Shown here piece by piece: positions 11,918-25,490 of a stretch of 64,000 bases of DNA (position 1 is the first letter of the stretch; every line of letters starts with the position of its first letter). A model generated the notes under the pieces. That model ran no database searches. It had not been told where the DNA came from and saw only the letters and a list, made by a program, of their open reading frames with translations. Source of the stretch: Anolis carolinensis (lineage: Eukaryota); NCBI RefSeq assembly GCF_035594765.1, contig NC_085845.1:190294897-190358896 (forward strand), given 5' to 3'. A program made the translations under genes and the position numbers.

Positions 11918-13169
11918 TATTCATTACAGAAGACTTCCGGTGCATTATTTTCCAATGTATTTTGAGAAGAGGAATAGGAGTTTAAATTAGGATGCACTGG
12001 GAAATGTAGATCACAGGAGTGCACAGTAGCTCTCGCTCAGAAAATTTTAAGTAGGACCACAAAACTACCTGTTTGTGTGTTCTGAATAGTGAAAGCAGGT
12101 AAATATTTTCCTAAATCAACTTGGAATTTTGACAGAAGTTTCCCTGTTCTCAAAATGCCATGGATTGAATCCACAGAAAATTTGGCTCAGTACAAGTAAG
12201 GATGGATTATAGTATTTGAGAAAGTGCCTGCTGAAGATTTTTCAGCAAGCTGTTTTCTGTTTTGGTTATGGAAATCAAAGGATTCAGTGGTAAGCATGGC
12301 ATTTTTGAAACAGAGGCATATCAGTGGCTCTGGCGGGAAAAAACACGTTATTGCTTGAAGTTATAATTGTGAGGAAAATAAGACGATGGTGTTCAAATGA
12401 AGCTTGACAGCCCGCATTGCAGGCGAGAGCCATCTGTGCTGTGGCAGCTCTGTTTGTATTTTAATGTTTAAACATACCACAAAGATAATTAAGAATAACT
12501 ATAATTAAAAATGATTACAACAAATTACTTTTCTCTCAACAGTAATGCGTGCCGGAAACTTATAACTTTATATAAAAAAGGTTACTTTATCAAGTCAAAG
12601 AAAAAATAGAAGTCTTATTCAGTTTTTCTCCCTCCCTCCTTCTTCTGTGTATATCAGATATATACATATAGAGAGAATGTGTGTGTGTGTATGCACACAC
12701 ATATACACACATGCATATGCACACAAAAATACTCATTAACATTCTGTAGTCAAGCAAAGGACTACTGTGTGCCAGTAAAAAACGAACTGTGCAACTGATA
12801 TAAATTACACAAGTCATGCAGACATTCCAGCGATGTGCAAAAGAAGCTAGTAGTTTCTCTTTAACGTCAACTTTTTGTAATATATTCTGGATTTTCCTAG
12901 TTCTGGAAGTCTTATTTATGTACACAAAGAATCAGTGAGTACAAAGGCTGGTTGGTAGGAGACATGGGGCAGCATGCAGGAGCCTTGCCTCAACACCCTT
13001 ATTCATGTCAACTCCATCACTGTCAAATTCATATATATAAGTCTAGAAATTTTAGTCAAAAATATGATCTAAACAAAATTTGGTCAACCTATTTATAGGT
13101 CAATACAAGTACTTTTCCTTAATGCTTATTTCTGAGTGGAGTGGTGAAAGGTCTAACTTGGGAGAACCT

Positions 13170-13339
13170 AAAAGAAGCATTGTTGTGTTTTTTCACCTAT
13201 TGTGTATATTTTATTATTGGTTTTTGTTTTTGTCCTTTGATGTTTTATATTTTATCATTGCTTGTATTTTGATTTCACTGTAAGCCGCCCCGAGGCTTAA
13301 TAATAATCGGGGGAGATAGAGGCGGAATATAAATAAACA

Positions 13340-13424
<85 letters not shown>
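13170..13424 (+). mobile_element. L2-type 3' tail ending in a (CTT)n(ATT)n compound microsatellite
   Basis: TGTAAGCCGCCCCGAG...GGGGAGATAGAGGCGGAATATAAATAAA followed by the microsatellite at 13339-13424. Confidence 0.7.
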
Positions 13425-14737
13425 GACCTTCTCTACTCTCAGCCATTGCATTGTTTCTGGCCTTTTTGAATGCCTGAGTGGGAAAATGGTGGTGGCAGCC
13501 AGGAGCAGCTGGTCCCTGAGATGGCATTGATGTTTTCTTCTCTCCACAAAATGGCCATAGACTAATACATGGGTCATATTAAAATCCATAATTTTGGCCC
13601 CAAACCTGCTTTCGACTAATACATTAGGTTGACATCCATACAAGTGTATATGGTACTTCATCTAACGGGGGGGGGGGGGTGTCTTTGGGGTAAAATGTAG
13701 TTATCTTTGTTCTAATTGTAACCAATGTTGCTCAACTTTATATCATATTAGCTTTTCTTTTACCAACCACTGAATAAGTTGTTTCACTTACCTACATCTG
13801 ACAAAATATGTATTTTCTAGTAATTTTCTAGATTCCTCAGTCAATTCTATGGAATATATTCACATAGAGTCTTTATTGAGGACTTAGTAAATTCCTAGAG
13901 AAGATACCTCTTTAGGAATTTTCTAGGTCCTCCACAATGACTCTATGTATGGTGATGTATGGTGTATGGTGAATGTCAATCATTTCAACAGAGTTTGCTC
14001 TTATCCACAGTTTCCTATTTCCATGGCAAGTTCAGATGCATATCTCCTGGAGATGTACAGCCAGATACGGGCGTAGTATGAGTTCAGTTCTGGTGGAGTT
14101 AAAAAGAACATGGAAAAGACAGTAGAGGAAATGAAGGCTATGACAAAAGTACAGCCTTGGAAACAGTACATTTTTCAATTCAACAAGTCAATTAATAACA
14201 TGCCTTTGAAACAATTCAAGTCAATTAATGAGTTAGACTTGACTATATTTATGTAATGCCAGAATGCTGATATAAGAAGTCTTTTTGAGACCACACATAA
14301 TTTAAGAAACAAAAGCTCTTATCCATTGTGAAAAGGAAAGAGTGTTTGTAATATTATCTTTCAATCTTCTGTTACATCAAAGCGCCAGTAACAAACTAGC
14401 TGAATATAATCATGAAAACAAAACAAATGAGTGTTTTATCATCAGTCCCTAGTTAGAACTAATATTTCATCGTAGATACTTAACCATAATGCTATTTTTT
14501 CCCTAGAAGACGGGAATTGGATGTCTTTACCAAGGATGCCTTCTCTCCTTGTCAACTGATTGTCCATTGTTTGAACTGAATGTCGAAGTGCATAAGCTTT
14601 GTTTGACCCAGCATAGCTCTTTTAAAATGTTCAGTTGAAATAAATGGAGAGCAAAGATCATGGTTAAAGGTTTTATTCGCTTTTGTTGACCTCAGTGCTT
14701 AGCTTGTAGGATTCAAGAAATTGGCTGGTCTAGATGC

Positions 14738-14738
14738 C

Positions 14739-14783
<45 letters not shown>

Positions 14784-15325
14784 CTTTATTTATATACCGC
14801 CCTATCTCCCGGATGGGAGTCAGGGCGGTTTACAGTCATAAAAGCAAACACAAACATTACATAACAACATAGTAAAATAATACAATTATAACAATAAATC
14901 ACACTTACATGACCAGATCAAGGGGACGGGAACCATAAAACCAATATATTAAAATGTATCATTTTAGGCTAGGGAAATCTTGTGCAATATATTCAGGCCC
15001 AGAAATCGGCGGTAGTCCAATGTAATTACTCAAAAACCTGCCGACACCACCAGGTCTTCAGTTCCTTACGGAAATTGGATAATGTAGGGGATTGCCTGAT
15101 CTCTTTTGGCAGTGCATTCCAGAGCCAAGGGGCCACTGCCGAGAAGGCTCGTTCCCTCGTCCCCACCAGCCGCACTTGAGACGGCGGTGGGAGCACGAGA
15201 AGAGCCTCCCCGGAAGATCTCAAGGTCTGCACTGGCTCATAGGAGGAGATGCGATCACGGAGATAGGTAGGGCCCGAGCTGTATAGGGCTTTATAGGTCA
15301 AAACCTGCACCTTGAATTGGGCCCT
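14738..15325 (-). mobile_element. 5'-truncated L2 LINE with (ATT)n tail
   Basis: ORF RAQFKVQVLTYKAL...RAFSAVAPWLWNALP is homologous to the 6966-7280 ORF; same tail motif. Confidence 0.9.
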
Positions 15326-15736
15326 GCAGTTTATCAACCTTCTAGAACTGGTATAGTCCTGGAGATGAATTAGAAATTCTCATTATTTGGTACATCTTGG
15401 AAAACATTTTGGGTAGTATTGTTTATTAAATTTCTCAGTCAGCATGGGAACTAGGAATGCTGGGAGATGTAGTCAAAAACATAACATTATCATGCTCTGA
15501 TTTGGAAAGTGGCCTGAACCCAGAGCTGGGCTGTACTTTCCTAAAAGTTACGAAAGTCTTCTTTATCTCTCTCCTGAGGTTACTTTGTAAATATTCCTCC
15601 ATAGTTTTTCAATTTCTGTGGGAAGGCCAGCTGCCATATTGCCCCTGTTCATGACACAGAGCAATCCTAGATCTAGTGCATTATGTGAGATGTAAAGTGG
15701 ATGTCTGGCTGCCATCACTATTACTAAGCAGACTAA

Positions 15737-16000
15737 GACACAGAACAATGGCTTCAAACTACAGGAAAGGAGATTCCACCTGAACATCAGGAAGAATTTC
15801 CTCACTGTGAGGGCTGTTCAGCAGTGGAACTCTCTCCCCCGGACTGTGGTGGAGGCTCCTTCTTTGGAGACTTTTAAGCAGAGGCTGGATGGCCATCTGT
15901 CAGGGGTGCTTTGAATATGATTTCCTGCTTCTTGGCAGCGGGTTGGACTGGATGGCCCATGAGGTCTCTTCCAACTCTACTATTCTATGATTCTATGATT
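15737..16000 (+). mobile_element. CR1 LINE 3' end
   Basis: Encodes IRKNFLTVRAVQQWNSLP...VVEAPSLETFKQRLD; ends in the (ATTCTATG)n tail typical of CR1. Confidence 0.92.
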
Positions 16001-16980
16001 CTACTTCTTTGTGGTGGCATCAGCAACATTATGGGCAAGTTTTGTTCAGAGAGGCTTTGCCACAGCTGTTCTCTTAATCTGCAACAATGGGACTTGCTCA
16101 AAATCACCCAGTGAGTTTCTATGGCTAAGAGGGGGTTCAATCCCAGAGTTCAAATCCAAAACTCAATCCACTGCACAAGACTGGTGGAGGAGACCATACA
16201 ACAGAGCATACATTAGCCTTCCCGTTATAGTGACTACCTACAATGTGGAACAGACTTGTTCTGTTTCTCTAAATGGCAAGAAATGGCCAAGGGACAGGAA
16301 TGCAAAGTAACCAAATTCCAACCAAACATTAAGGAAAATATCCTAATGCTTGGAGCTCTTAATCAGTGCAACAAACTGAGTCTGGAGGCACAGGGCTCTC
16401 TTTTTCTTGGGCTATTGAAGAGGCTAGTTGGCCATGTATTGAAGATAAACAGCCAGATTTTACATTACAAACCTTGCATTGAGAAAAGGGTTAGACTAGA
16501 TCAGAAATGTGGACTGTATGACCCTCTAGTTTTTGCTGAACCAGCTTAGCCATTACAAGCAGTTCTGAGGGATAATGGGAATTTCAGTCAAGCAACCTGT
16601 GGAGGACCCCATGTTTCATGTCCCTGGACTAGATTTTCTGGAAAGCTCATTCTACCCCTTATGATGTAATGGTTCAATGTAGTATATCAGTGACAAGAGT
16701 TCTTTTTCCTGACATGGATTCTTCATACCACCAGGTTTTTGTGATTGTTTCTGCATAGAGGGATGGTCAGTCCTGGAATGAAGGAAATAAAATTGATTGA
16801 CAAAGGATTCAAGACAGTCAAAAGAAAAGACTGTTCCACACAATGTATAATTAATTGATAAACTTTGCTGGCAGAACATCTGATGATGATCTTTAAAAGA
16901 TGCAACTTTATGGAGGAAAATGCTTGAGGAGTTATCAAGATTAGACATGAGTGTTACATTGAACCTGGCTATCCAAAGAT

Positions 16981-17304
16981 GGAGCCCTAGTGGCAAAGTG
17001 TGTTAAAGCACTGAGCTGCTGAACGAAAGGTCGCAGGTTCAGATCCAGGGAGCGGAGTGAGCGCCCGCTGTTAGGTCCAGCTTCTGCCAACCTAGCCGTT
17101 TGATAACATGCCAATGTGAGTAGATCAATAGGTACCGCTCAGGCAGGAAGGTAACGGCGCTCCATGCAGTCATGCCCATGGCCACATGACCTTGGAGTTG
17201 TCTACGGACAACACCGGCTTTTCGACTTAGAAATGGAGATGAGCACCAACCCCAGAGTCAGACATGACTGGATTTAACGTCAGGGGAAACCTTTACCTTT
17301 ACCT
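16981..17304 (+). mobile_element. Sauria SINE, full length
   Basis: GGAGCCC start, tRNA-like head, (ACCTTT)n tail; TSD TATCCAAAGAT/TATCCAAAAAT (16970-16980, 17305-17315). Confidence 0.93.
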
Positions 17305-19339
17305 TATCCAAAAATAGTTTGGGCTAAAAGCAATCATTTGAGGAAATATGCCAAGGGAAGACTTGCTTTTATTGTCTCATGTGTGGGCTATCAGGGATAT
17401 CTGGCTGTAAGGAGAAAGATGTTGGACAAGATGAACCTTTGATCTATCTCCACACAGTATTATTTTCTAAACTTGTGAGCCTGCAACTACCGACTGATGT
17501 AGTATAGTCATGGAAAGCTGTTATCACATCACTTCTCTACATGTGTAAATTGGCTGAAAGGCTTCTGAACATCAATCAGTGTTGGGCTATCTGCCAGAGC
17601 TTGGGAGCATGGGAGGAGATGTCACAGAATATCTTCAAAATGCACTCAAATTGAAACCACAGCTTTCAGAGGCATGGAAATTGGCAATTGTTGTTTGTTC
17701 ATTTGAAGTCTTTGAATTTGTGGGTGCCTGCTTCTCTTTCTTACATATAGGTAATATAGTTGAATCCTAGACTGGATAAGATGCTGCATACTTGCTCACA
17801 ATGCTAGTAATGTGGCTTTCCCTTTTGTTTTGTAGCTAATAAAATGAAGGGTCCAATGATGTTTTTACATAGGAAGAAGAATTTAGGATTCTACTCTTTT
17901 TTGTGTGTGCTTAAAATGAGTCTTCTACTGTTGACACTTTTCTGTATACGAAAGCACAAGGGGGCAGCATTACATTAAAATAAATTGCCGCGCTATATGT
18001 TCATCTATATTACTGAATAATCCACAAGCTGTAACTTTCCAGTAGAATGGAAATGTGTGGTTTTAAAACTGCTTGGCCAGACACCACTGCAGGATCAGCT
18101 TATTGGACCAGTGGCCTATAAAAATGAAATAGGCATTTGAAATGCAAAAGGATTTGCTTCCTCAGGATGCAGCCAATTGCATAACATGTTATTAATGAAA
18201 TATGTGCACATACTTGTGCTTATCTTACAGTCTTGCTAAAGAGAACTTTTCAGTGGCCTTTGCTCATACTTTCTGATGGTTCAACTCACCTCACTGAGCC
18301 AGTCTTGGTAAAAAGCTCTGTCAGTATCTCTCCAACCATATGCCAAAAATGAACTGGTACAGAAGATGATGAGAAGGGTTTTGAAAGTCTCTTCTGAATT
18401 ACAGCTCCCGCAACTTTATCCAGCATAACGAATGGCGAAGAATGTTGGGAGTTGTAGTCACCAGCAATGTTGAGAGGGCTCCATGATTCCAAACCTTTTT
18501 TGAAAATAGGCAAGTGGATTTTCAAAAACTCTGGGCTTTGAACTGGGAACTTAATGCTTGGGATTTGCATCGATGGTATGCAAGTTGCATGATCTCTGCC
18601 ACCAGCACGACAGGGGCCAAAGTCCTTATTAGCACCATAAGACACTATTACATGAACCTGCTATTCCACAACCACTACAGTTACCTTATTGTTGATAGCT
18701 GATACATGTTGAGCACCCTCAATTTTGCATCTCTTGCCATTAATACAATTGCATCAATTCACCAATGTGTGGTCCTGCAATTGTACTTCAATACAAACTC
18801 ATAACACTGCCTTCCTGCACTATTGCTGTTTCTTAATTTTATTTTTATCTTTAGTGCAATTTCACAATTCAAACATTTAAAATTTGAAGAACGCAAACAT
18901 ACATGTAATTAGTAAAATAAGTGTAAAACAACCAACACGGAAAAAGTGTGGAGCAGAGGGGAGAGTAGGAGAATCCCAACCCCTGACCACAATTTACTGC
19001 CTGCACAAAAGGGAAGGGATCCCTTGCACCAAGGTAGTTGGTGGAAACATTGTAGGCTTTGGTGATGTCAATGGATGTTACCTAACTAATAGGGGTGTGA
19101 AAAATTTTGGAGATTGTTTCGTATTTCGGGAGATTCAGGTGACTTGTAATTTCAAATCACCAAAAAAATGAACTGTGAAGTCAGCATCCTAATCTTTCTG
19201 AAGCAAAACAGTCGTTCTGAAACGTTTTGGAAAAATTTCAGAAGGATTTGTTAATTGAGAGCATTTTTTAGAATGTAACAAAATTGCCTGGGGTGGGAGG
19301 GAAGGGAGGGGGGCTGAACGTGGCAGCTGCAAAGAGCAT

Positions 19340-19508
19340 GGCTCTGTTTTAAATCTGTTTATTTCTCCTGCAGAATTCTGGGGTTTGTAGTTTAGTGAGG
19401 CCCAGAATCTCTCTAGCTGAGCAGTTTAAAAGCCCTTCCCTAAAGTATAATTCTGCAGGAGGCAGAAACAGGATTTAAAGTGGATCAATGCTGTAGTGTG
19501 ATGAGGTC
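19340..19508. mobile_element. Palindromic MITE
   Basis: Inverted arms TTTAAATCTGTTT...CTCCTGCAGAAT / ATTCTGCAGGAG...AAACAGGATTTAAA; ends GTGTGATGAGGTC. Confidence 0.6.
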
Positions 19509-19628
19509 TCTACCTGGTCTCCTCCCCTTAGCAAAAGATATGTGCTTGACAGATCCGATCTGTGTTTGTTAAAACCTAAACTTAGAAAGTGGTTTAAAAT
19601 TGTACTCCTCTTTCCCTAGCCCTAGCAG

Positions 19629-19770
19629 NNNNNNNNNNNNNNNNNNNNNNNNNNNNNNNNNNNNNNNNNNNNNNNNNNNNNNNNNNNNNNNNNNNNNNNN
19701 NNNNNNNNNNNNNNNNNNNNNNNNNNNNNNNNNNNNNNNNNNNNNNNNNNNNNNNNNNNNNNNNNNNNNN
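19629..19770. other. Assembly gap (N run)
   Basis: Run of N. Confidence 1.
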
Positions 19771-19978
19771 CCAAGAGTCATCCATTCCGACTCCCTTCTG
19801 CCCAAAAGGAAGACCCCAGTAAATCCTTCTGGACAGATGGTCATCCAGACCCTGCTTATAGAATCATAGAATGCTGGAAGTTTAAAGGGACCCCCAAAGG
19901 CCATCCAGTCCAACTCTACTCAACAGGCAGAGGGACTCAATTGAAGCCTTCCTAGCATATGGCCATCCAGCCTCTGCT
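19771..19978 (-). mobile_element. CR1 3'-end fragments (two tandem remnants)
   Basis: ATAGAATCATAGAAT tail and GGCCATCCAGTCCAAC / GGCCATCCAGCCTCTGCTTAA motifs match 15737-16000. Confidence 0.7.
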
Positions 19979-19984
19979 TAATTA

Positions 19985-20640
19985 TTTGTAAAAACTTTTT
20001 AAACTCAGTGGATTACCAAAAAATTCTGAAACTTGGCAGACTTAAAGTGGCAAATGTGGCCTACAAATGTGGCAAGTTTCATCCTGATAGACATATTTAA
20101 AAAAATTCAAGCCTCTGAGGCTGAGAGGTTGTGACTCACCCAAAATGCTTAAATTGAAAGAAATTTCTAAAAATCAGTGGATGACTCGATCTTTCTGAAT
20201 TTTTTTCAGGAATAATACCCTGCTTCTGTTGTGTCACTATGGAGAAATTCAAGGGAACCCCTTTTGTAGTTTTCTTAAAATAAATGTTATTTATAAAAAA
20301 AATTGAAATTTATTAAAAATCAGTGGATGACCAAATCATCCCAAAATCTTGCAAGATTGACGCCCTCTATATGATGTGTCACTGTGGAGAAATTCAAGGG
20401 GATCTCTCTTGTAGCTTTTTAAAAATTGCAAATACTTTAACATTTTCCCAAAAATCAGTAAATGAACAAAACATGAAACTTGGCAGGCATACAGTTGTAA
20501 ATGTGGCAAGTTTCATCCTAATAGTCATAAAAATGACAGAGAAACAAGCTTTGAAACTTTTCCCATTGCCACTAATGGAACAAATCTTACCGAAACAATA
20601 ATGAAACTTCAGAATTCAGATTATGAATTTAAATCCCCCC
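19985..20640. repeat. Internal subrepeats of an abundant hAT-like non-autonomous family (also about 11210-11480, 54306-55572, 59030-59460 and 61586-62703)
   Basis: Recurring AAAATCAGTGGAT, AAACTTGGCAGG and TTTCATCCTGATAG units. Confidence 0.6.
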
Positions 20641-20789
20641 CCCTCCCCGAAACATGTTGAGGAGTGACCTGCATAAAGAAAATTAGAGAAGAGGCAGCAC
20701 ATGGTTTTATGTGGCCAAAAATTCTATGTCCTCCAATCCAACAGTAGCAGAAGAGCCCATGGAGACCACATAGCCAACACTGCACAAAG

Positions 20790-21600
20790 GAGATCAATTG
20801 CCATTTTAAAATATCTCAAGTCAAGAGGGGCCACTTCATACCTGCAGCACTCAAACTATTTCAAGCCAAGCCATTAGCACTATTTCTGTATGGTGCCCAG
20901 CTAGGTCCCTTTTCCAGTTTTGCTCCACTAGAGCTGGTACAGTCAAAGTTTCTGAGATAGGCTCTGCAAGTACCAAAATGTGTTTCCAGTGCCCTCCTGT
21001 GATTGGAGACAGGTTTCATGAGAGTGGAGGCCAGGGTGTGGGTGGTCATACTCAACTATTGGCTCAGAATATCCTGCACTCCCCTTGGTCTTACTCCATT
21101 AACTATGGAGGATGACTTCCAGTCTACATGGAAACAGGGTGTAGCAAACTAAAATCTCATCATTGGGCTTCTCTCCAGGGTTGCTACTCAGTATGGAATA
21201 CGATCAATCCTAAGCACTCATCAAACAACATATCACAGACACAGAGCACTAATTGGATCTAGTCTCCACCCCAATCTTCATTGTCAGAGAAGACAGCAGA
21301 TATCTCGCCTCTCCTATGGCATACTTAAGAAATCTAGAGGTTCGCAATAATTGGCTCAATGTCACATCCTTCCATCAGCTGTACTCGAGGGCTGATACTG
21401 GAAGATCCCATTTCCAGAGAGACTCTGCCCTTGTGACTTGGGTCACACAGAAACAACTGAACACGTGTTCCTCCAGTGCCTGTTCTAGAGGGACTCATCC
21501 TACATTTGATATACAATTACCTGGGCCTCTCAGGACAATTTGACACCACCCTACTGCTTTTAGATACCAATTCAGTTAAACCCATAATGTTGTCAAGTTC
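20790..21600 (+). mobile_element. Degenerate non-LTR retrotransposon ORF2 3' region, probably RTE-X-like
   Basis: Interrupted frames give LYGAQL...LELVQSKFLR*ALQVPKCVSSALL*LETG and KIPFPERLCPC...ETTEHVFLQC (C-terminal CCHC-type finger). Confidence 0.65.
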
Positions 21601-21672
21601 TGTGCAGCAGCACTTAAAATTTGTACAACTTTAAAAAGGTACAACACTTTTATGAGACTGGAACCCTCTCTC

Positions 21673-21673
<1 letters not shown>

Positions 21674-21703
<30 letters not shown>

Positions 21704-22168
21704 CAGTATTTATATTCCGCCCTTCTCACCCCGAAGGGGACTCAGGGCAGATCACATTATGTACATATAGGGCAAACATTCAATGCCCATAAACACATCG
21801 AACCGAGACAGAGACAACAGACAGACAGACGCAGCGGCAATTTAACTTTCTCCTGAGGGGATGTTCGATTCTGGCCACAGGGGGGAGCAGCTGCTTCACC
21901 ATCCACTCTGACGGCACTTCCTCACTTCCTCATTCCAACGTTGTAAATTAGTTAAACTTGCCTCCCCACTTTTATAAGTGGTACCTTATTTCCTACTTGA
22001 TAGATGCAACTATCTTTCAGGTTGCTAGGTCAGCAACGAGCAGGTGCTATATTTTATTTTTAATTGACAGGTGCTCACCCTGCCACGGGCTGGCCTCGAA
22101 CTCAAGACCTCATGGTCAGAGTGGTATATTGCAGCAGCTGTTTACCAGCCTACGCCACAGCCTGGCCC
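21674..22168 (-). mobile_element. tRNA-derived SINE with L2-type 3' tail (Anolis SINE2-like)
   Basis: Minus-strand head GGGCCAGGCTGTGGCGTAG...GAGTTCGAGGCC (A/B boxes); tail CTGAGTCCCCTTCGGGGTGAGAAGGGCGG...(TAAA)n. Confidence 0.8.
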
Positions 22169-22448
22169 CTTAATGCTGTTCTATGACCGTAATAAAGATT
22201 TGTTTGTTATGTCCCATCTCCTAAAGAAGGCTTCAGCCCTAGTGACATCAATAACAGTCCCCGAAAGTAGAAAGATTAAAAGCTACACTTGGATCAAATA
22301 GGCACTATGTAGGATGGTTGAGATAATGTTGGTAGGTGGACTTCTCCAAACAACTGCTGCATAGGTAACATTAAAAAAATAATTCCCTTGACTCCAACCT
22401 GACACGGAAAGGATAATACTTTCCCCACAATTTCCAGATTTGTAAATA

Positions 22449-22771
22449 CAGTAGAGTCTCACTTATCCAAGCCTCGCTTATCCAAGTTTCTGGATTATCC
22501 AAGCCATTTTTGTAGTCAATGTTTTCAATATATCGTGATATTTTGGTGCTAAATTCGTAAATACAGTAATTACAACATAACAGTACTGCGTATTGAACTG
22601 CTTTTTCTGTCAAATTTGTTGTAAAACATGATGTTTTGGTGCTTAATTTGTAAAATCATAATCTAATTTGATGTTTAATAGGCTCTTCCTTAATCCCTCC
22701 TTATTATCCAAGATATTCGCTTATCCAAGCTTCTGCCGGCCCGTTTAGCTTGGATAAGTGAGACTCTACTG
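22449..22771. mobile_element. Young Tc1/mariner-superfamily (Tigger/pogo-like) MITE, 323 bp
   Basis: Perfect 24-bp TIR CAGTAGAGTCTCACTTATCCAAGC and TA TSD; second copy at 58687. Confidence 0.93.
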
Positions 22772-23046
22772 TAACGGGATGATTGTGGTGGTGGTGGTGA
22801 TAAAAATAGGAATGTATTTATATCACCAAGTATTTTCTGGGTAATTATGAAAAAGAAGAAGGAAGAGGGGAGAACGAGAAGAGGAAGGGAAAGAAAAGGA
22901 AGAAGTGGAGGAGGAGGAAAAGGAGGAGGAAGAGGAGGAAGAAGAAAACGAAGAAGAAGAAAAGGAAAAGGCCACATCAATCTCTGCAGTTGAGGCTGCC
23001 AATAACTTGGTGTAACTCTGCACCATTAATTTCTTCCAGAGTGACA

Positions 23047-23266
23047 NNNNNNNNNNNNNNNNNNNNNNNNNNNNNNNNNNNNNNNNNNNNNNNNNNNNNN
23101 NNNNNNNNNNNNNNNNNNNNNNNNNNNNNNNNNNNNNNNNNNNNNNNNNNNNNNNNNNNNNNNNNNNNNNNNNNNNNNNNNNNNNNNNNNNNNNNNNNNN
23201 NNNNNNNNNNNNNNNNNNNNNNNNNNNNNNNNNNNNNNNNNNNNNNNNNNNNNNNNNNNNNNNNNN
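23047..23266. other. Assembly gap (N run)
   Basis: Run of N. Confidence 1.
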
Positions 23267-24669
23267 CCGTTGCAGTGCCAGTTAATTGGGAGGGGAGGAG
23301 AGGGGAGGCAGCACCCTGTAGGAGTCAGCAGAATGGCTGCGGATCTCGTGGTGGGAGGCAGACCTGCTGTTTTTTTGGGCAAGAGTCAAGGATATTAACT
23401 CATGAAAGAAAAGAATCTGGGCTTTCTCTTGTCTTTCTCCCCCCCACTTACCCCCTACTATTTCAGTCTCTTATGCTTCTATCTTGGCTCTTCCTCTTTT
23501 ATTCTCCCCAACCACACATACACACACACTACTCCACCCAGTAGCAAACAGATGCGATTAGTGTTTTTCAGCCATCATAAAAACTGACTGCGGGACTCCG
23601 TAGGCCTAATGAGAATAAACTTTTCTGAGGCTGCTGTCTTGTGGTGCATCCCACCTGTCACATCATTAGGTGCGGCGTGTGCCTGGAATCCACTTTGCTA
23701 AATGAGATTTACAGGCCCCTGCGAGAGGGAGCCATCCTGCAGCATTCCGGCTTCAATTAGCTAAAGATTAATTGTCTGTGAAAGGGAATGAAAGTTTTAC
23801 TTCAACTGACCTGGAAAAAAAAGAAGAAGGGGAAAGAGAGAGTTGGGTGGTGTTGGCGGAACTGCGGAAGTAAGGTTCAGGTATTCCAATCCACCTAGGC
23901 CTGGAGGCAGTGTGGGAAAACGTGATAATTTAAAAGTGCTGCAAATTTCCTACACCTCGTCTGGATGAGCGAAATTAACTAGCACTAAAAGCTGTCAAAT
24001 TAAAGGTTGACTTCTGGATATTAGCACCTTAAATGTCACTGAATATTCTCCCTCCCAATCTGTCTCCCTCCTCTTCCTGCACTCTCTTTCTTTCTCTCCA
24101 TCCTTTCAAGCCATCCCCTCCTCCTGTGACTCCTTTCTTTTTTTGGCAAGCCCCCACATCGGCACACCTGCACATATGCACAAACGGCTACCCTACTGCT
24201 GTTCCCACTAACTACTTGTGCGTGCCTGGACTGGAGGTGTGTGGTATAAATTGCTGATGTAACCATGGCTACAGAACAACCGGTAGTTACAAAATTTCCT
24301 CCATATTTAATGCCAGGCTAATTATGTTTGACTGTGTCATAATGGGTAGTGAAAACTGGGGAGGCAAAACTGTGATCTGGAAGAGGAGTCGGAGAAAACA
24401 GAGAAGGTCTAAGGAAAGAAAAATGGAAACAACAATGAGCGATATCAAAAACAACAGTGCAACAGCTAACCTTGCCCTCGGCAGTTTTATCCAAACATGA
24501 ATGGAACAACTAATGGAGCATGAGAGCTTTGTTGGTTCCCTACCTAATATCATACCATGTATATATCACAGACCCTGAAGAATCAAGAGACATAAAGTTT
24601 GTTTAGTAGAATGAGGGACATCATTTTACAAGTACCTGGAGTATCTAGATGATGACGGCTCTCCGATGG

Positions 24670-24880
24670 AGTGTATCTACACTGTAGAATTGAATCCATT
24701 TTAACTGCCATGGCTCAGTGCTATGGAATCATGGGAGTTGTAGTTTTATAAGTTCTTTACCCTTATCAGCTAAATAATGCGGTTGCATCACCAAAATACA
24801 CATTCTAGAATAACATAGCATTGAGATATGGCAGTTAAAGTGGTGCCAAATTACATAAGTTCTACATTGTAGATTCATCC
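24670..24880. mobile_element. Palindromic MITE (possibly Harbinger-like), same family as 61258-61476
   Basis: Arms ATCTACACTGTAGAA...TTAACTGCCAT / ATGGCAGTTAA...TTCTACATTGTAGAT. Confidence 0.7.
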
Positions 24881-25257
24881 TTGGAAAATACTGGCTTCCA
24901 AGTGATTTTCCATGAGTCATGCTTTGCATCAAAACTTGGAAAGGTTACTTTTAAAGTCTTCAGTTCTTGGTGGTCCTGGAAGGTGAAGGGATTTGGGATT
25001 TGTTGTTGTGTCTGTGCAAATCCTTGCAAAGTTCATGTTTACACTAATCAAAAGATTAGACATTTACCTCCCAATGAAGTAATAATCCTTTCCCAGTGGG
25101 ATTGGCAGTTAAGATATTTTGTCTGCCTAAGGGAATCACCAGCCTCAGAATGCCTATGTTTCATGACCACCAGTGTGCCTGCAATTTCCTGGCCAATTCC
25201 AAACACGTTATCCTTTTTTTGTCTAGAGCCAGAGAACATATTCCAGCCCACTACAGC

Positions 25258-25258
25258 A

Positions 25259-25323
<65 letters not shown>

Positions 25324-25490
25324 GATACAGAACAAGATTAGTACAGAGCAAAAAAGATCACTATGCTGGCTGTTGTATTGGATCACACGTCGGACACTTC
25401 CCAAGTGTCTAGGACTATGTGATGTATCAGCAAATAATGCGTGCACATCCAAGTAGGGTGGCCTTTTGCAGCTGACAGGTGGTAATTTTG
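25258..25490 (-). mobile_element. R4/Dong-clade non-LTR retrotransposon 3' end with (TAA)n tract
   Basis: Minus strand encodes KITTCQLQKATLLGCARII, the typical R4/Dong C-terminus, followed by a short 3' UTR and about 22 TAA units (25258-25323). Confidence 0.75.

Noticed and set aside
13275-13661. Poly-N/K, poly-Y/L and poly-S/P ORFs (also 22690-23026 and 24881-25341)
   Set aside because: They are translations of microsatellites and purine-rich low-complexity tracts.
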